Positions 52,720-64,000 of a stretch of DNA of 64,000 nt are shown here, piece after piece. The notes beneath the pieces are model-generated. The model did not search any database. It saw only the letters and a list, made by a program, of their open reading frames with translations, and had not been told where the DNA came from. Origin of the DNA: Gekko japonicus (Eukaryota); contig NW_015174931.1 of assembly GCF_001447785.1 (NCBI RefSeq), forward strand, positions 50,280 to 114,279. Direction: 5' to 3'. The stretch's first letter is position 1. Each line of letters opens with the position of its first letter. A program made the translations under genes and the position numbers.

Positions 52720-52925
52720 CAGTGTTCCCTCTAAGCTGAGTTAATGTGAGCTAGCTCACAGTTTTCTAGCCTCCGGCGCACACAGTTTTGTCTTAGTTCA
52801 GGAAGGATGGCTAAAGAGCAAACTAATTTATGCAGTAGCTAAATAGCTCACTCACAGCTTTAATGCCAGTAGCTCACAAAGTAGAATTTTTGCTCACAAG
52901 ACTCCACGGCTTAGAGGGAGCATTG
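52720..52925 (+). mobile_element. hAT-type MITE (~206 bp family, copy 3)
   Basis: Same TIRs; perfect TSD cccagtgc. Confidence 0.9.
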
Positions 52926-54639
52926 CCCAGTGCATGCTCAAACTGGTTCGGAAGTGTGAGCCTTTCATTCCATTTTTTGCCATGTTTGTTCTAAAAAACC
53001 CATCAAAATAACAGTTTTCCAAAAAACCCAAGACCAGACCATGCGCTCTGTGGTTGACACACAGCACTAATCTGAACGGTCGGCCAGAAGTGTGTGGTGA
53101 GGCCAGATCAGGGTGGGAGCCTGATTGAAAATCTCTGTCACAAAATGTGCCATGGTCTCCTGTACATTGTATCCTCACAAGAACCCTGTGAGGCAGGTTT
53201 AAGTGAGACAGGAAGATTGACGGTTTTCAAGGTCATCCAGTGAGCTTCATGGTTTACCACAGGTTTGAGCCTTGATCTCCCCAGTTCTAGACCAAAATTC
53301 TAACCACCATTACATTGCATTGGAGCTCCCCACCCTTTCTCTTAAACTACCATTTAGGTCTTAACTCAGTCTGTCAATTTCTTGGGAAAGGGCAACCTAC
53401 GATGAAGAATACTTCTATTTCTATTGTGTCCCCATTTTAACTTGGCTAGAGGTGGATACTTAATAAACAGGCTTATTAAGAGATATCGCTATGATCTCGT
53501 GCAGGGCTCCCAAACCTTGGTCAGCAACAACAAAATAGGATGGGTGGGACTAATCACAAAATGGCTGCCATGGGGGCTCTGTCCAATCTCAAAATGTTGC
53601 AACATTCCACAAAAAATTAGGAGGTTCCATCCAAGCATCTTCCTATCATGACAGGTGTTTCTGAATGGGTGCTGTCTGCAGGTGCTGGAGCTGGGGGAAA
53701 GATAATGATGAGTTCATTGCTTTGATGTGGATATACTTTGGGAAATGAACAAATGGGCACCAAGTAACAGATTGGTAGGTTGAGGAACACTAACCTAGTT
53801 GATGGGACCTGAGAAAGCTTAGTTGTTATACCTGTCATTGCCACTAGGGTGTTATGCCTCTCTGAGGATAGGCTTTTGCTTCTCTCAGTGGTTCTCAAAC
53901 TTCGTACATTTCAGTAAGCCTTTCCACACTGATTTCTCTGCCAAGAAACCTTTGTGTTGTCAAGGTTCTCATGCATATGAAAGATTGTGGTACATAATCA
54001 GTTCACCTGGAAAGCTAGTCATGCACATTGGATCTCATTGATGTCCTGTGTGAACTCAGTTATAAATGAGAGTTTAGTAGGACCCTAAAGACTTACAAGA
54101 TTTAGTTCAAGCACATGTTTTTGTGGAGTAGAGCCCTCTTCCCTTCCACCAGACTCCTGTTTATTTTTGCTGCAACAGACTATTATTAGTATTATCATAT
54201 GTTAATTTAGAGTACACCCTAGAGCACAACTAACACTTTCCTCGTGGCTGTACATTGTAGCAGACGTTTGGTAGCTTGTCTGCTATTTTTGATCGTCTAG
54301 TTGAGGGCACCTCTGACAAGCATCCAATGAAACCCCCAGTCCTCCTTAATACAAACTGAAATCTACAGTTCCGTACAATATTTTGCCCATTTATAAAATG
54401 AGGATAATCCAGTGGGGTTTTTGCTCAGGAATTTTGTAGAGATGACAATAGGGTGGTATTACACTTCAGTGAATCTTAGTAATGAACTGCCCCCTGATGA
54501 GGTTGCTGACTGAGGGTGTCGCCTGCTGTGCCAGATTAGCTACTATGTGAGAGTGAGAAAAGGTTATCTCCTAGAGAAGGTGGGGTGCATATGGAAGCCG
54601 GCATGACAAGTGTACAAGTGATTTGATCAACCTTCAACA

Positions 54640-55140
54640 GGAGTCTTGTGAGATCTAAAAGACTAACAAGGCTTTATGCCTGATACTCCATAAATGCTTC
54701 TGCTGGAGTAAATCTTGCTAATTTTTAAAGATGTCACTAGACTGTTGATTTTTGTTGCCATCGATGGACATGGATACCCTTCTGGAATTCAGATTAACCT
54801 TGGGTGTCATTTCTAAGCAATGAATAAGTCTAACGTTCAGTTTATTTACACTTGGAACAACTCAAAGACTAGTAGAATTTCACCCATGGAAACTCATGCC
54901 ACAAAAAAATGGGTTATCTTCAAGGTGCCACAGGACTTTGTGTGTGTGTGCTTACCTGTGTTTTCTTGCTATAACAGACTGACAGTACTCTTCTGGAACA
55001 AAATTTGAGTCCAGTAGCTCCTTAATGACCAACAACATTGTCCAGGGTATAAGCTTTCATGAGTCAAGGCTCGCTTCATCAGATTTTGTTCTGAAAAATT
55101 AATTCAGCTGTTTAGAATCAACTTAATTTGGTATCTGAAG
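54640..55140. mobile_element. Cluster of Penelope-derived fragments
   Basis: Several copies in both orientations of the repeat seen at 442-1372. Confidence 0.55.
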
Positions 55141-56420
55141 AGAAGTCACGGGCAAGCCCACATAGATCCCAGCGGTGAGTTTACAGTTTAAGAACAGCCT
55201 GTTAGAGGGGGGGAAAGACACCTCTAGTAGTTAAGTCAGAAGATTATTGGCAGACAAGAGAATGGCAAGGGATGAGATATTAGTAATTACTGGTTATGTT
55301 TGAAATTTACAGGGACTGGGAGAACCAGGCAGTTTCCTGGTGGGTGCATACTTCATCTGTTTGAGCAGCCCCCAGTTCTGACAAATTCAGGTTTTTTTCT
55401 TAAATCCTCTAGTAGCAAGAGCCTGGCATGCCTTTCAACTCACTTTCAGAAATGACAAAAAAAAAAGCCCGAGGCTACCCTTTTCACTAAATACAGATCT
55501 GCTGTGGCACTGGAAAAATGCAGCATGGCTACTTGGGGCAAAAGAGCCACCTTGTGATTACAGAGGAGCAAATGCTTTTAGACAGTTTAGAATGCCTGCC
55601 TGTTAGGCAACAATTGGGCCACTTTTGTAGCATTTCTGTTAGTGAATTTCAGTACAGGGTAAGAATGGTGAACAGCCTGGCCTGAATTTTTTTTCTTGGG
55701 AAAGCACCTGGTCCACACATACTGGTCCCATACACAGATCTGAACTGTAGGTGTCACTGATGTTTTATACCCTATTAGAATTACACTGTGAGAATTCTGA
55801 GGTTGAGGGAAGGCCAATATTCACCTCAGGAATACAAATCTGGCTATTAACTGGTGTCTACTCTCCTAAATTGTCAACTGTAACCTTACAAATGAATGGG
55901 CCCAGCAAGACTATGTTGTATCTCTAAATAGATTCTGACCTCTTTTCTGACTCACTTCATTCCCCTCTCCCTGGGAGTAAATGAAAGCTACTGTTCTTCC
56001 TCTATTTCCTTTGTGGGTGCTGAACCTATTTTCTTCAGAAGCCACTTGGGTTAAGAGCCTGCCAGGGTAGAGACCAGGGTAGAGACCTTTACATTGGAAC
56101 TTCTCTGTTTAAACACAGCCTTTTAAGACCCTGACCTTCACTGGCAGAATCTTGTCTGTGTATTACCAAACTGTTACTACCTCCAGCTGTTGAAAGCCAA
56201 TATCCTTGGCTGAGGGTGCTTTCACTTCCACGGTGTTATGGAGAACCCCATTCTACTCTTTTAAGAGAATTAATGATCTTATCATTCGTATCTCTTTGAG
56301 GGAACTTTCATTTCCTCCCTGTGAGGCAGGAAATGACATTGCTAGATGATAGGCAGTCACAGGCCCCTGCCACACGGGCCGGAAAATGCAGGGGGGGAAG
56401 TTAGATGATAGGCAGTCACA

Positions 56421-56931
56421 GGCTCCGGTCACACAGGCCGGAAAATGCAGGGGGGAAGTGTGGCTGTTTGCCCTGGAGCAAAATAACGCACGGCTGCACG
56501 ATCAGATGTCCCGTGGAGGTCCTGTGGTTAGGGAGGAGGTGCCAATCCCATGACAATCCTGCAGCGCGGCAAAGAAGCGGCACGGCGGGGCAAACGGGGT
56601 TGTGGGTTCTTTAAAAAACCACAGTGTGCGCATGTGCCGTTGGGTGCTTGTGCGCATCCTGTGGAGACTTGGGGGGGGAACCTTTTTGCAAGGGGATATG
56701 GGCGGGCGCCGGATGCCACGAACTACCACCGGAAACGCGATCAGACGCCCACCCTTGCCCCGCGGTTTCCAGAAACTAGTACCTCGGAGGTACTAGTTTT
56801 TTACCTCGCATCTTCAGCGGGAAGCCTCGGGTTCGCCACAGGAGCTCTACGCTTCCCAGATGTGGCACTCTCGCAAATTCCGCGTATCTTCCATCTCTGT
56901 AGCGTGGCTAATTCTCCGTGTGACCACAGCC
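56421..56931. mobile_element. PIF/Harbinger-type MITE, CpG-rich
   Basis: TIR ggctccggtcacac / rc ggctgtggtcacac (12/14); TSD aca at 56418-56420 and 56932-56934. Confidence 0.75.
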
Positions 56932-58174
56932 ACAGTTCCTTTTTAAAGGAGTTCAGAATAAGTTTGAGATTAACTATGTGTTCACATAACCACACACAGG
57001 CACCCCACCAACACACACACACACTGGCATCCATCCAGTTTGTTTGTGTGGCCTCGTTACATTGAAGATGAGCTGATATTGTCATTTTTGTTTATTTTTG
57101 ATTTCATATGTTGTCATTGGCGTTTTGTTTGCTTCTTTTTTGTTGTTATCGTTGATTTGTTTCTATTATTCCATTTACGCACCATTTCCAAGTCTTTTTC
57201 TCACCTCTTGTACGTTATACACCATGTATATGAAATAAAGGCAAAAATGTTGGAAACTCTGTTTTTGCGGGGGGGGGGGTTCTGCACGAGGAAAGAGAAA
57301 GTAATGCAAAAATGAAGAGTCCTATGCTCATGTCTGACGGGGGAAGAATAAAATCGAAAGTTGAACAGGACCAGAAAACGTTTGAAATCCGGTCTCATAC
57401 TTATGTTAGATGTGGTGGTTGCAATTTGACACCTTGGAAAGAGCAAGAATGGCAGCCAGCCTCAGCTGAAAGACAGATGTTTTGATCCACTGCTAGCTGG
57501 GCAGCAAAAACCCTAAAGCCTCCACCCTGTAAACATTGTGGTCTCTGTTGCATTTCATCTCAGAGCGTATTGGAATCCACCTAGTATTAAAGTTAAATGA
57601 CCTTACAAGATTGCTCATGATGGCTGAATAGACCCACAAGTAGAATTTCCGGTAAATAGGGGTGTGTGCCTTTTGGGTAAACAGAATATATTATAAATTT
57701 ATTTGTTTGTTTTATTTGCTTACTTCATTTATACCCAGTGGGGACTTACATAATTCTCTTCTGCTCCCAGTAACCTTGTTATGTAGGTTAGACTGAGAAT
57801 GTGTTACTGGGCCCAGGTCACCCAGAAAGCTTCCTGAGCAGAGTGAGGATCCAAACCTTTGTCTTCCAGATCCTAATCTGACATTCTAACCACTGCACCC
57901 TTTGGCTGTCCAGTATAAAAATGCTACAACATTTGTAGGTCAGGAGGCTTTTTCCTCTTCAGTCCTCCGAACCCTTTTTTTTGGCACCTGCATAGTTTCC
58001 CCTGCCTCCTACATTCACCTGTACTTTTCCTTCAGCTTCCTGGGTGCCCAGCCCTTCTCAACACATACACACATTCTACTGCATTCACTTGACAGTCTCC
58101 CTTCAGAGCAGCTGCTGTGTGTACTCTTGCATCCACTATTCTTTACTCAGAGTATCCGGCAGCAGTACTGTGGA

Positions 58175-58377
58175 TGTTCCCTCTAAGCTGTGGAGTCTTG
58201 TGAGCAAAACTTCTAGTTCATGAGCTACTGGCTTTAAAGTTGTGAGCAAGCGATTTAGCTACTGCATAAATTAGTTTGCTCTGGAGCCATCCTTCCTGAG
58301 CTAAGACAAAAATGTGTGAGCCAGAGGCTAAAAAACTGTGAGCTAGCTCACACTAACTCAGCTTAGAGGGGACACTG
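58175..58377 (-). mobile_element. hAT-type MITE (~206 bp family, copy 4)
   Basis: Reverse copy; flanks ctgtgga / ctgtggac. Confidence 0.85.
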
Positions 58378-60119
58378 CTGTGGACCACTTACGCTAGAAG
58401 TTTCCTGTGCTAGATAAATGAATGACGTTATATCTGTCCATGAGATTCAGATGAACCCTGTTTTGCCATTCCACTGGACAAAGTGTGACGCTTTCCTCCA
58501 GTCTCAGGAGCCCTTCCTCTAGTTTAAGTGGCTCTTCCACAGCTCCAAAGGGTGGAAAGGGGCTCCAGGTTTATTTTATTTACTTACTTCATTTATACGC
58601 CACCTTTCTCTCTGATGAGGATCTAAAGTGGCTTACATCATTATCCTCTGATGCATTTTATCTTCACAACAACCCAGTGGGGTTATGCCAAGAGACAGAG
58701 TGCCTGGCCCAAGGTCACCAAACCAGCTTCCATAGCAGAGTGAAGATTCAAACCTGGGTCCCCCAGAGCCCAGTCCAACGATCTAGCCACTACACCATGC
58801 CAGTTCTCAACAACAAAAGTAAAGATGTCCAGAGATGACTTTTTGGAATTGCATACACTGAATACTATCTCCACACATGTGGTCCATCTGACTGGGATCG
58901 AGCAGCATGAAATATTCTCCAAGGAGTCAGGATTCATATTTCTTTTAGACCTCTGCAATCTGCAGGCCCTGCACTATGCAGAGCTTTGATGTGTGGGAGC
59001 AAAACGGAGTTCTGAGATCTGAAATTTCATAGGAGAGCAGGGAAATGTATATATTGCCTTATGTGAAGGGGGGGGGACAACACAGCTGTTGCTAAGGCAA
59101 AATGCCAGTGGGTTTTCTCGCCAAGAAACCTGTCTCCATTTCCTTATTGTCAAAAGCTGAAAGCATTTGAATGAAAATGCAGTGTTTGCCTTTCCTGGCT
59201 ATATAGGGTGTTGTTGTTGCCTTTACTTGCCGTGTGAACTTTTCTGCTTCACGCATCTGTGGGAGCTCTTGCTGAGCTGCCTGCCAGCATGCCGGTGCCC
59301 ATGAAGCAAAGAGACTTACCTGCAGTGTTGTTGCACAGTTGACTCAGTCCAACCTTGGCTGGCTTCATCTTTCCACCCACTGTGGCAGGTTAATACAAAC
59401 GCTGCCATAAGCTTGCTCAGCCACACTGGGTAACATTCCTGACATAATAGACCTCGCCCGAACAAAGCTGTAACTCACACCAGAAACAGTCATGTTGTTA
59501 TCAGAATGGAATCCAGACAATAATCTTGCTTGGCATTGTCTGGTGAGTTCATTTGACCAAAGGCAATGATATAAAACACTGTTAGAACTAGGAGGGTATA
59601 AAGCCCTGCCAGGTCTACTTCTGTTTCCCCATACCTCACAATATTCTGGAACAAAAACAGGGAAGCCAAAATCCCATCACGCTTGGATGTGCTTAAACTG
59701 ATTGATTTCAGCTCTGAGTTTGACTGTGGGTACAATGGAATTGTGGTGGCTCTCCCTGCACATATGCAGATTCCTCTGGATGGTGCCAAATTTCCTTGTG
59801 TACATCAGAATAGCCTTCATCTCCTTTCAGCTCTGGTTTCCAGAACAGGCTGGAAAATTTATAACACTATGTTTGGAGGGTGTTTTTCTGGTGGTCAATA
59901 GATCTGTTTCATTTTGATTCCATGGATGTACCCAAGTTGTATGTACTTGAAATTTTATAGATCCTCTGTATATATTTATTTGAGACACTTTTGACTTTAC
60001 CATGAGGAAGGGCCCAGGATCATGGTGAGGAAAAGTAACCACCCACCATGCACTATCACTTGCCATGCAGTATGCACTAAGTTACTGTGTAAAGGATGCT
60101 GAATGTGAACAGTGAGCAA

Positions 60120-60330
60120 CACACCTGAAGCGGCTTTTACTGAACCAGATCTTTGGTCCATCAGAGTCAGTATTGTCTAATCGGACTGAGAGCAGCTCTC
60201 CAGGGTCTCAGACAAAGTTCTTTCCTAAACCCTGCTACCTGGTCCTTTTAATTGGAGATGCTGCTGGAGATTGAAACTGGGACCTGCATGCCAAGCCGAT
60301 GGTCTACCACTGAGCCACGGCCACTCTCCT
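60120..60330 (-). mobile_element. tRNA-derived SINE
   Basis: Homologous to 40672-40880. Confidence 0.7.
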
Positions 60331-62190
60331 CTTGCGGTGGACAACCCATCAGGGCTCAGAGGGCATCTCTCTTTGCCTGGTGCTGGCACTGATCACAGGC
60401 AGACACACCCATCCCCACCCCTTGTCTCTTGAGCTCCCTGGGAAGGGGGGGGGCATAGGAACCCTCCTCACCCAAGTTCTGGTGGGCAGGCAACAGCTGG
60501 CAGCAGAATGCAGATCTGGCTCAGGAGGTCACTCACTGTTCTGACTGTGATCACCCTCATGGGTAAAATCCCACTATCTGTAGAAAGGCTCTACTTTCCT
60601 CGAGAATATTCCTTTTGTTCATTTCCAGCCTCAATAATTATTTCTTGTTCTTTAATAGTTGGCCTGTGGGAGAACAGAAATTAATAAAGATGGATGGAGA
60701 AGGGAGGGAGGAAGATTTAAAGAGACGGTAGCCTGGAGACACCCCAGGTGCTACTATTAAATTTAAGTGCTATTACGTTTTCATTCTATCCTTTCTCCCA
60801 AGGAGATGAGTGTAGCATATAGTTATCCATCTTCCATCCATTTTATATCACAACAAGCCTATGACATGGGTTAGGTTGAGAGAGTGAGTTACTGGCCCAA
60901 AGTGACCCAGTGAGCTTCATGTCTGAGGGGCATTTGGACTCTGATTTCCTGAGTCCTAACCCTACATTCAAAGTCCTGCACCATTACTTAACATTTTTAA
61001 ATTCACTATGAATTGGATAGACGAAGGCCTCTAATGTACCATCTGACCTTTCTGAGTACATACTTTGGCTCTCAAAATTGAGCAAGGAAGTATTTGTAAG
61101 CAGGATATCTTGTTTCCAAATTTAAAAACAGTGTGAAGCTCTGGTTATCAGGAATGTCACCAGACCCTCCGGGAAATCGGTTGGGGGAAATATGCCACAA
61201 ATCCCATTGTCTCATAATTGGCCTGCAGTCCTCCTTCACTATCAAGTTCTTCCCTCTTTCCTTTCAAGGTGATTGTATGCATAGTCACATAGACATCTCA
61301 TGCTTTTCTTTTTTCAGCAGATGAACACAAAGTTTTCTCTCTTATCTTGCCAAATCCTGGTTTCTAAAAAATCCTATGGATATATTTTATGGAGCCCCAC
61401 AATCTCAAGAAAATGAAGTTTGTATATATGATAAAACATGCAAACATCAGCACCAGCAGAAACAGAAAAGGAGACACCAGTGTTGACACACCTAGAATTC
61501 CCAGCAGAAAGGCAAAGATGTTGAGGGGGGGGGGTCCACTTGAGACAGATCTAAAATTCATTCTTACAGTATATCTGTGCCAGTGAAACACCTCAATACT
61601 ACACATGTAAATCATTTCCACTGTGTCCAAGGGAGCCTGCTTTCTGATAAGTAAGCACATGATTAGTGCAGCAGTCCCCAACAGGGACCCTGTGGATGCC
61701 ATGGTGCCTGCTGACACCTTTCCTGGTGCCCACCAAGTGTTTTTAGAAACTGGACAGGACCAGGTGGGGATTTTGCCCAGCAGGAGTTCTGATTGGCCAA
61801 TGAAGATTTGATTGGCTGAGCAGTTAAAAAAAAAAAAGACTGCTTCAGCAGCAACTGCTTCCAAAGCACAGGGGTCATCAGGGTGTAACTGAAGGCATAC
61901 TATGCATATGGAAGAAAATATTGTAAAACAATATTTTCATTCAAAAAGGAGAGTTTCTGCCTGAAATGTTGAAGAGTCACTATGCACAACCTCACTCCTT
62001 GACATTTTGTGATTGGCTCTGCCTCCTGTGGCAGCCATTTTATAGCTTAACAGTCATTTCCTCCCCCCACACACACACAGATACCCTGGGAATTATGGTT
62101 GTGAGGCTCTCTAACAGATAATTATCTGGGTCCTTGACATGCTACAGTTGCCAGGATTCTCTGGGGAAGTCGTAACAGCAAAACTGCTGT

Positions 62191-62567
62191 TGTTGTTGTT
62201 CAGTCGCACAGTCGAGTCGGACTCTTCACGACCCCATGGACCAGATCACGCCAGGCCTTCCGGTCTTCCGCCGTCCTCTGAAGTTTGCTCAACTTCATGT
62301 TCGTTGCATCTATGACACTGTCTAACCATCTCATCCTTTGCCGTCCCCGTCTTCTTTGACCTTCAGTCTTTCCCAGCATCAGGGTCTTCTCCAGTGAGTG
62401 CTCCCTTCTCATTTGGTGGCCAAAGTATCTGAGCTTCAGTTTCATTATCTGGCCTTCCAGGGAACAGTCAGGGTTGATTTCTTTTAGGATTGACTGATTT
62501 GATCTTCTTGCAGTCCAAGGGACTCTCAAGAGTCTTCTCCAGCACCATAGTTCAAAAGAATCTGTTC
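62191..62567 (-). mobile_element. RTE/BovB LINE 3' fragment
   Basis: ORF 62200-62529 nearly identical to the 33258 copy; TSD aaaactgctgt / aaaactgttgt. Confidence 0.92.
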
Positions 62568-64000
62568 AAAAAACTGTTGTACAGCTATTCTATTGATTTT
62601 TATAATGTGGATAGACCCTCGAACTATCTTACTGTTGACACAGAACTATTCACAACCCTTGGAGTATCCATTCTAAAAAAGTGAAGAGATGAATAAAAGG
62701 CAAAGGTTGGCAGAGGTTTTTGGTCCCTGAGACCTTTCTTTCACAAGCCTCTTAAGTTTCACAAGTGAAAAAAATGACAGTTCTGGGATGTTCATCTCGT
62801 TTAAAACTATACATGATGGCAGGATTCATTATGTTCAAAGCTTCCCTTTAAAATAAACTCCAAAGAAGGATATTCTACAGGATCTCAATAACATCTTTTT
62901 ATACACTTGGAGTTACAATGCTCACTGGCTGGGCTGATTCTGGTGTAGCTGAAATCCTTTACCTCATTTCCTTCCTTGAGTGGCAGTGGAACACAGTCAT
63001 TTTCCATCCTCCTACATGGTGGCCTCCATGGTTTCTCCGTAGGTATTTGCAATCTGTGTAATGTATCCTCCCCCACCTTAAGAAGCTGAAGTTAATCGTT
63101 CCTGTGTGATATTATTCACTCTGGGGAAGGGTTTCACAGAATATATGTCATAAAAATAAACATACCAGAAAGCCAAAGCAGTATAAAAATGCCATAAGAG
63201 TGGCTGATCAGTTGTGCATTGTATTTAAAATGTGGGGGCCTCAACAGAATATATCTTTATTTTAAGAGAACATAAGTGTTTCTAAAGTGTTCGTAGAACA
63301 AGAACTTGATATTTGCTTCCATCAATCTGTAATGAGGATTAAATAGATGGAACCTCTTTTGGCTGCTCCTACTTCATTTATTCCTCTGTATGTGCATTCC
63401 AGCTGTGAAGGAGTCTTGGTCCATCGAACTGTATCATAAAACCAGCAGGGGGAGTTCAATTAAGATTTGGTGGAACAACTGTGTAATACCTTTTATAAGT
63501 ATGAGGTTGTGTTAGAGTTTACCCCTTCTCTTGCTCCAGTCATATATATGATAGCTTTTGGAGAACTGTAGGTTCGCAACATTCAGATTAATTATTTTTT
63601 GGTGTGGGAGATTACCAGGGCTCATAAGTACCCTGACCTGTGCCTCTTCCCTGCCTTTTGCAGATCTTCTACTCCCAAAGGCCATGGAAAACACAGTGGG
63701 TAACTGGACTACCAGGGCCTGCAATTACAAACACAGAACCTGGGAAAGTTGTAATGGCAGTGATAGCTGATAGCAAGACAGTGGTTAAAGCGAGGGAAAA
63801 TCCAGGTTGTTGAATGCCCCCATGGACCCATATCCCCTCTGGGATTCCCCCTCACACACCATCATCCCAACCCAAACATCATATAAAAGCCAATCATTTG
63901 ACTTGCTTGGGCCCCCTAGATTTTTGATCCTCAGTCCCTTCTCAGCAGTCCCCAGGAAGCTTGCCACCAGATACACCATCCCTATTTCAGAGTAAAAAAT

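Noticed and set aside
56550-57065. 171-aa ORF and apparent second CpG island
   Set aside because: Mostly within a CpG-rich Harbinger-type MITE
61290-61660. Internal exon after the acceptor at 61317/61320 (similar isolated acceptors at 16564 and 29702)
   Set aside because: No convincing paired donor or coding frame; such sites arise by chance

Overview
Repeat-rich vertebrate DNA, almost certainly a squamate reptile and probably a gecko (Sauria SINEs, BovB-type RTE, CR1, L2, R4/Dong and Rex1 LINEs, tRNA- and 5S-derived SINEs, Penelope-derived repeats, hAT and PIF/Harbinger-type MITEs). No intact host protein-coding gene could be identified. A CpG island at ~49.9-50.9 kb carries two + strand splice donors and looks like the promoter and first exons of an unidentified gene whose first intron probably runs off the right end. 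Upstream is an exon-shaped 869-nt segment (43836-44704) whose single frame is broken by only two stops. Most notable items: an LTR-less chromovirus-type Ty3/Gypsy pol fragment joined directly to a CR1 3' end; a Harbinger-type MITE family with 3-bp TSDs; relic minimal hammerhead motifs in Penelope-derived repeats; a small insertion with poly(A) ends on both strands; a tandem R4 arrangement; and tandem ATF4-type sites in the CpG island. I found no convincing wholly new system. Family names come from motif recognition, not database searches, and repeat boundaries are approximate unless a TSD is quoted.
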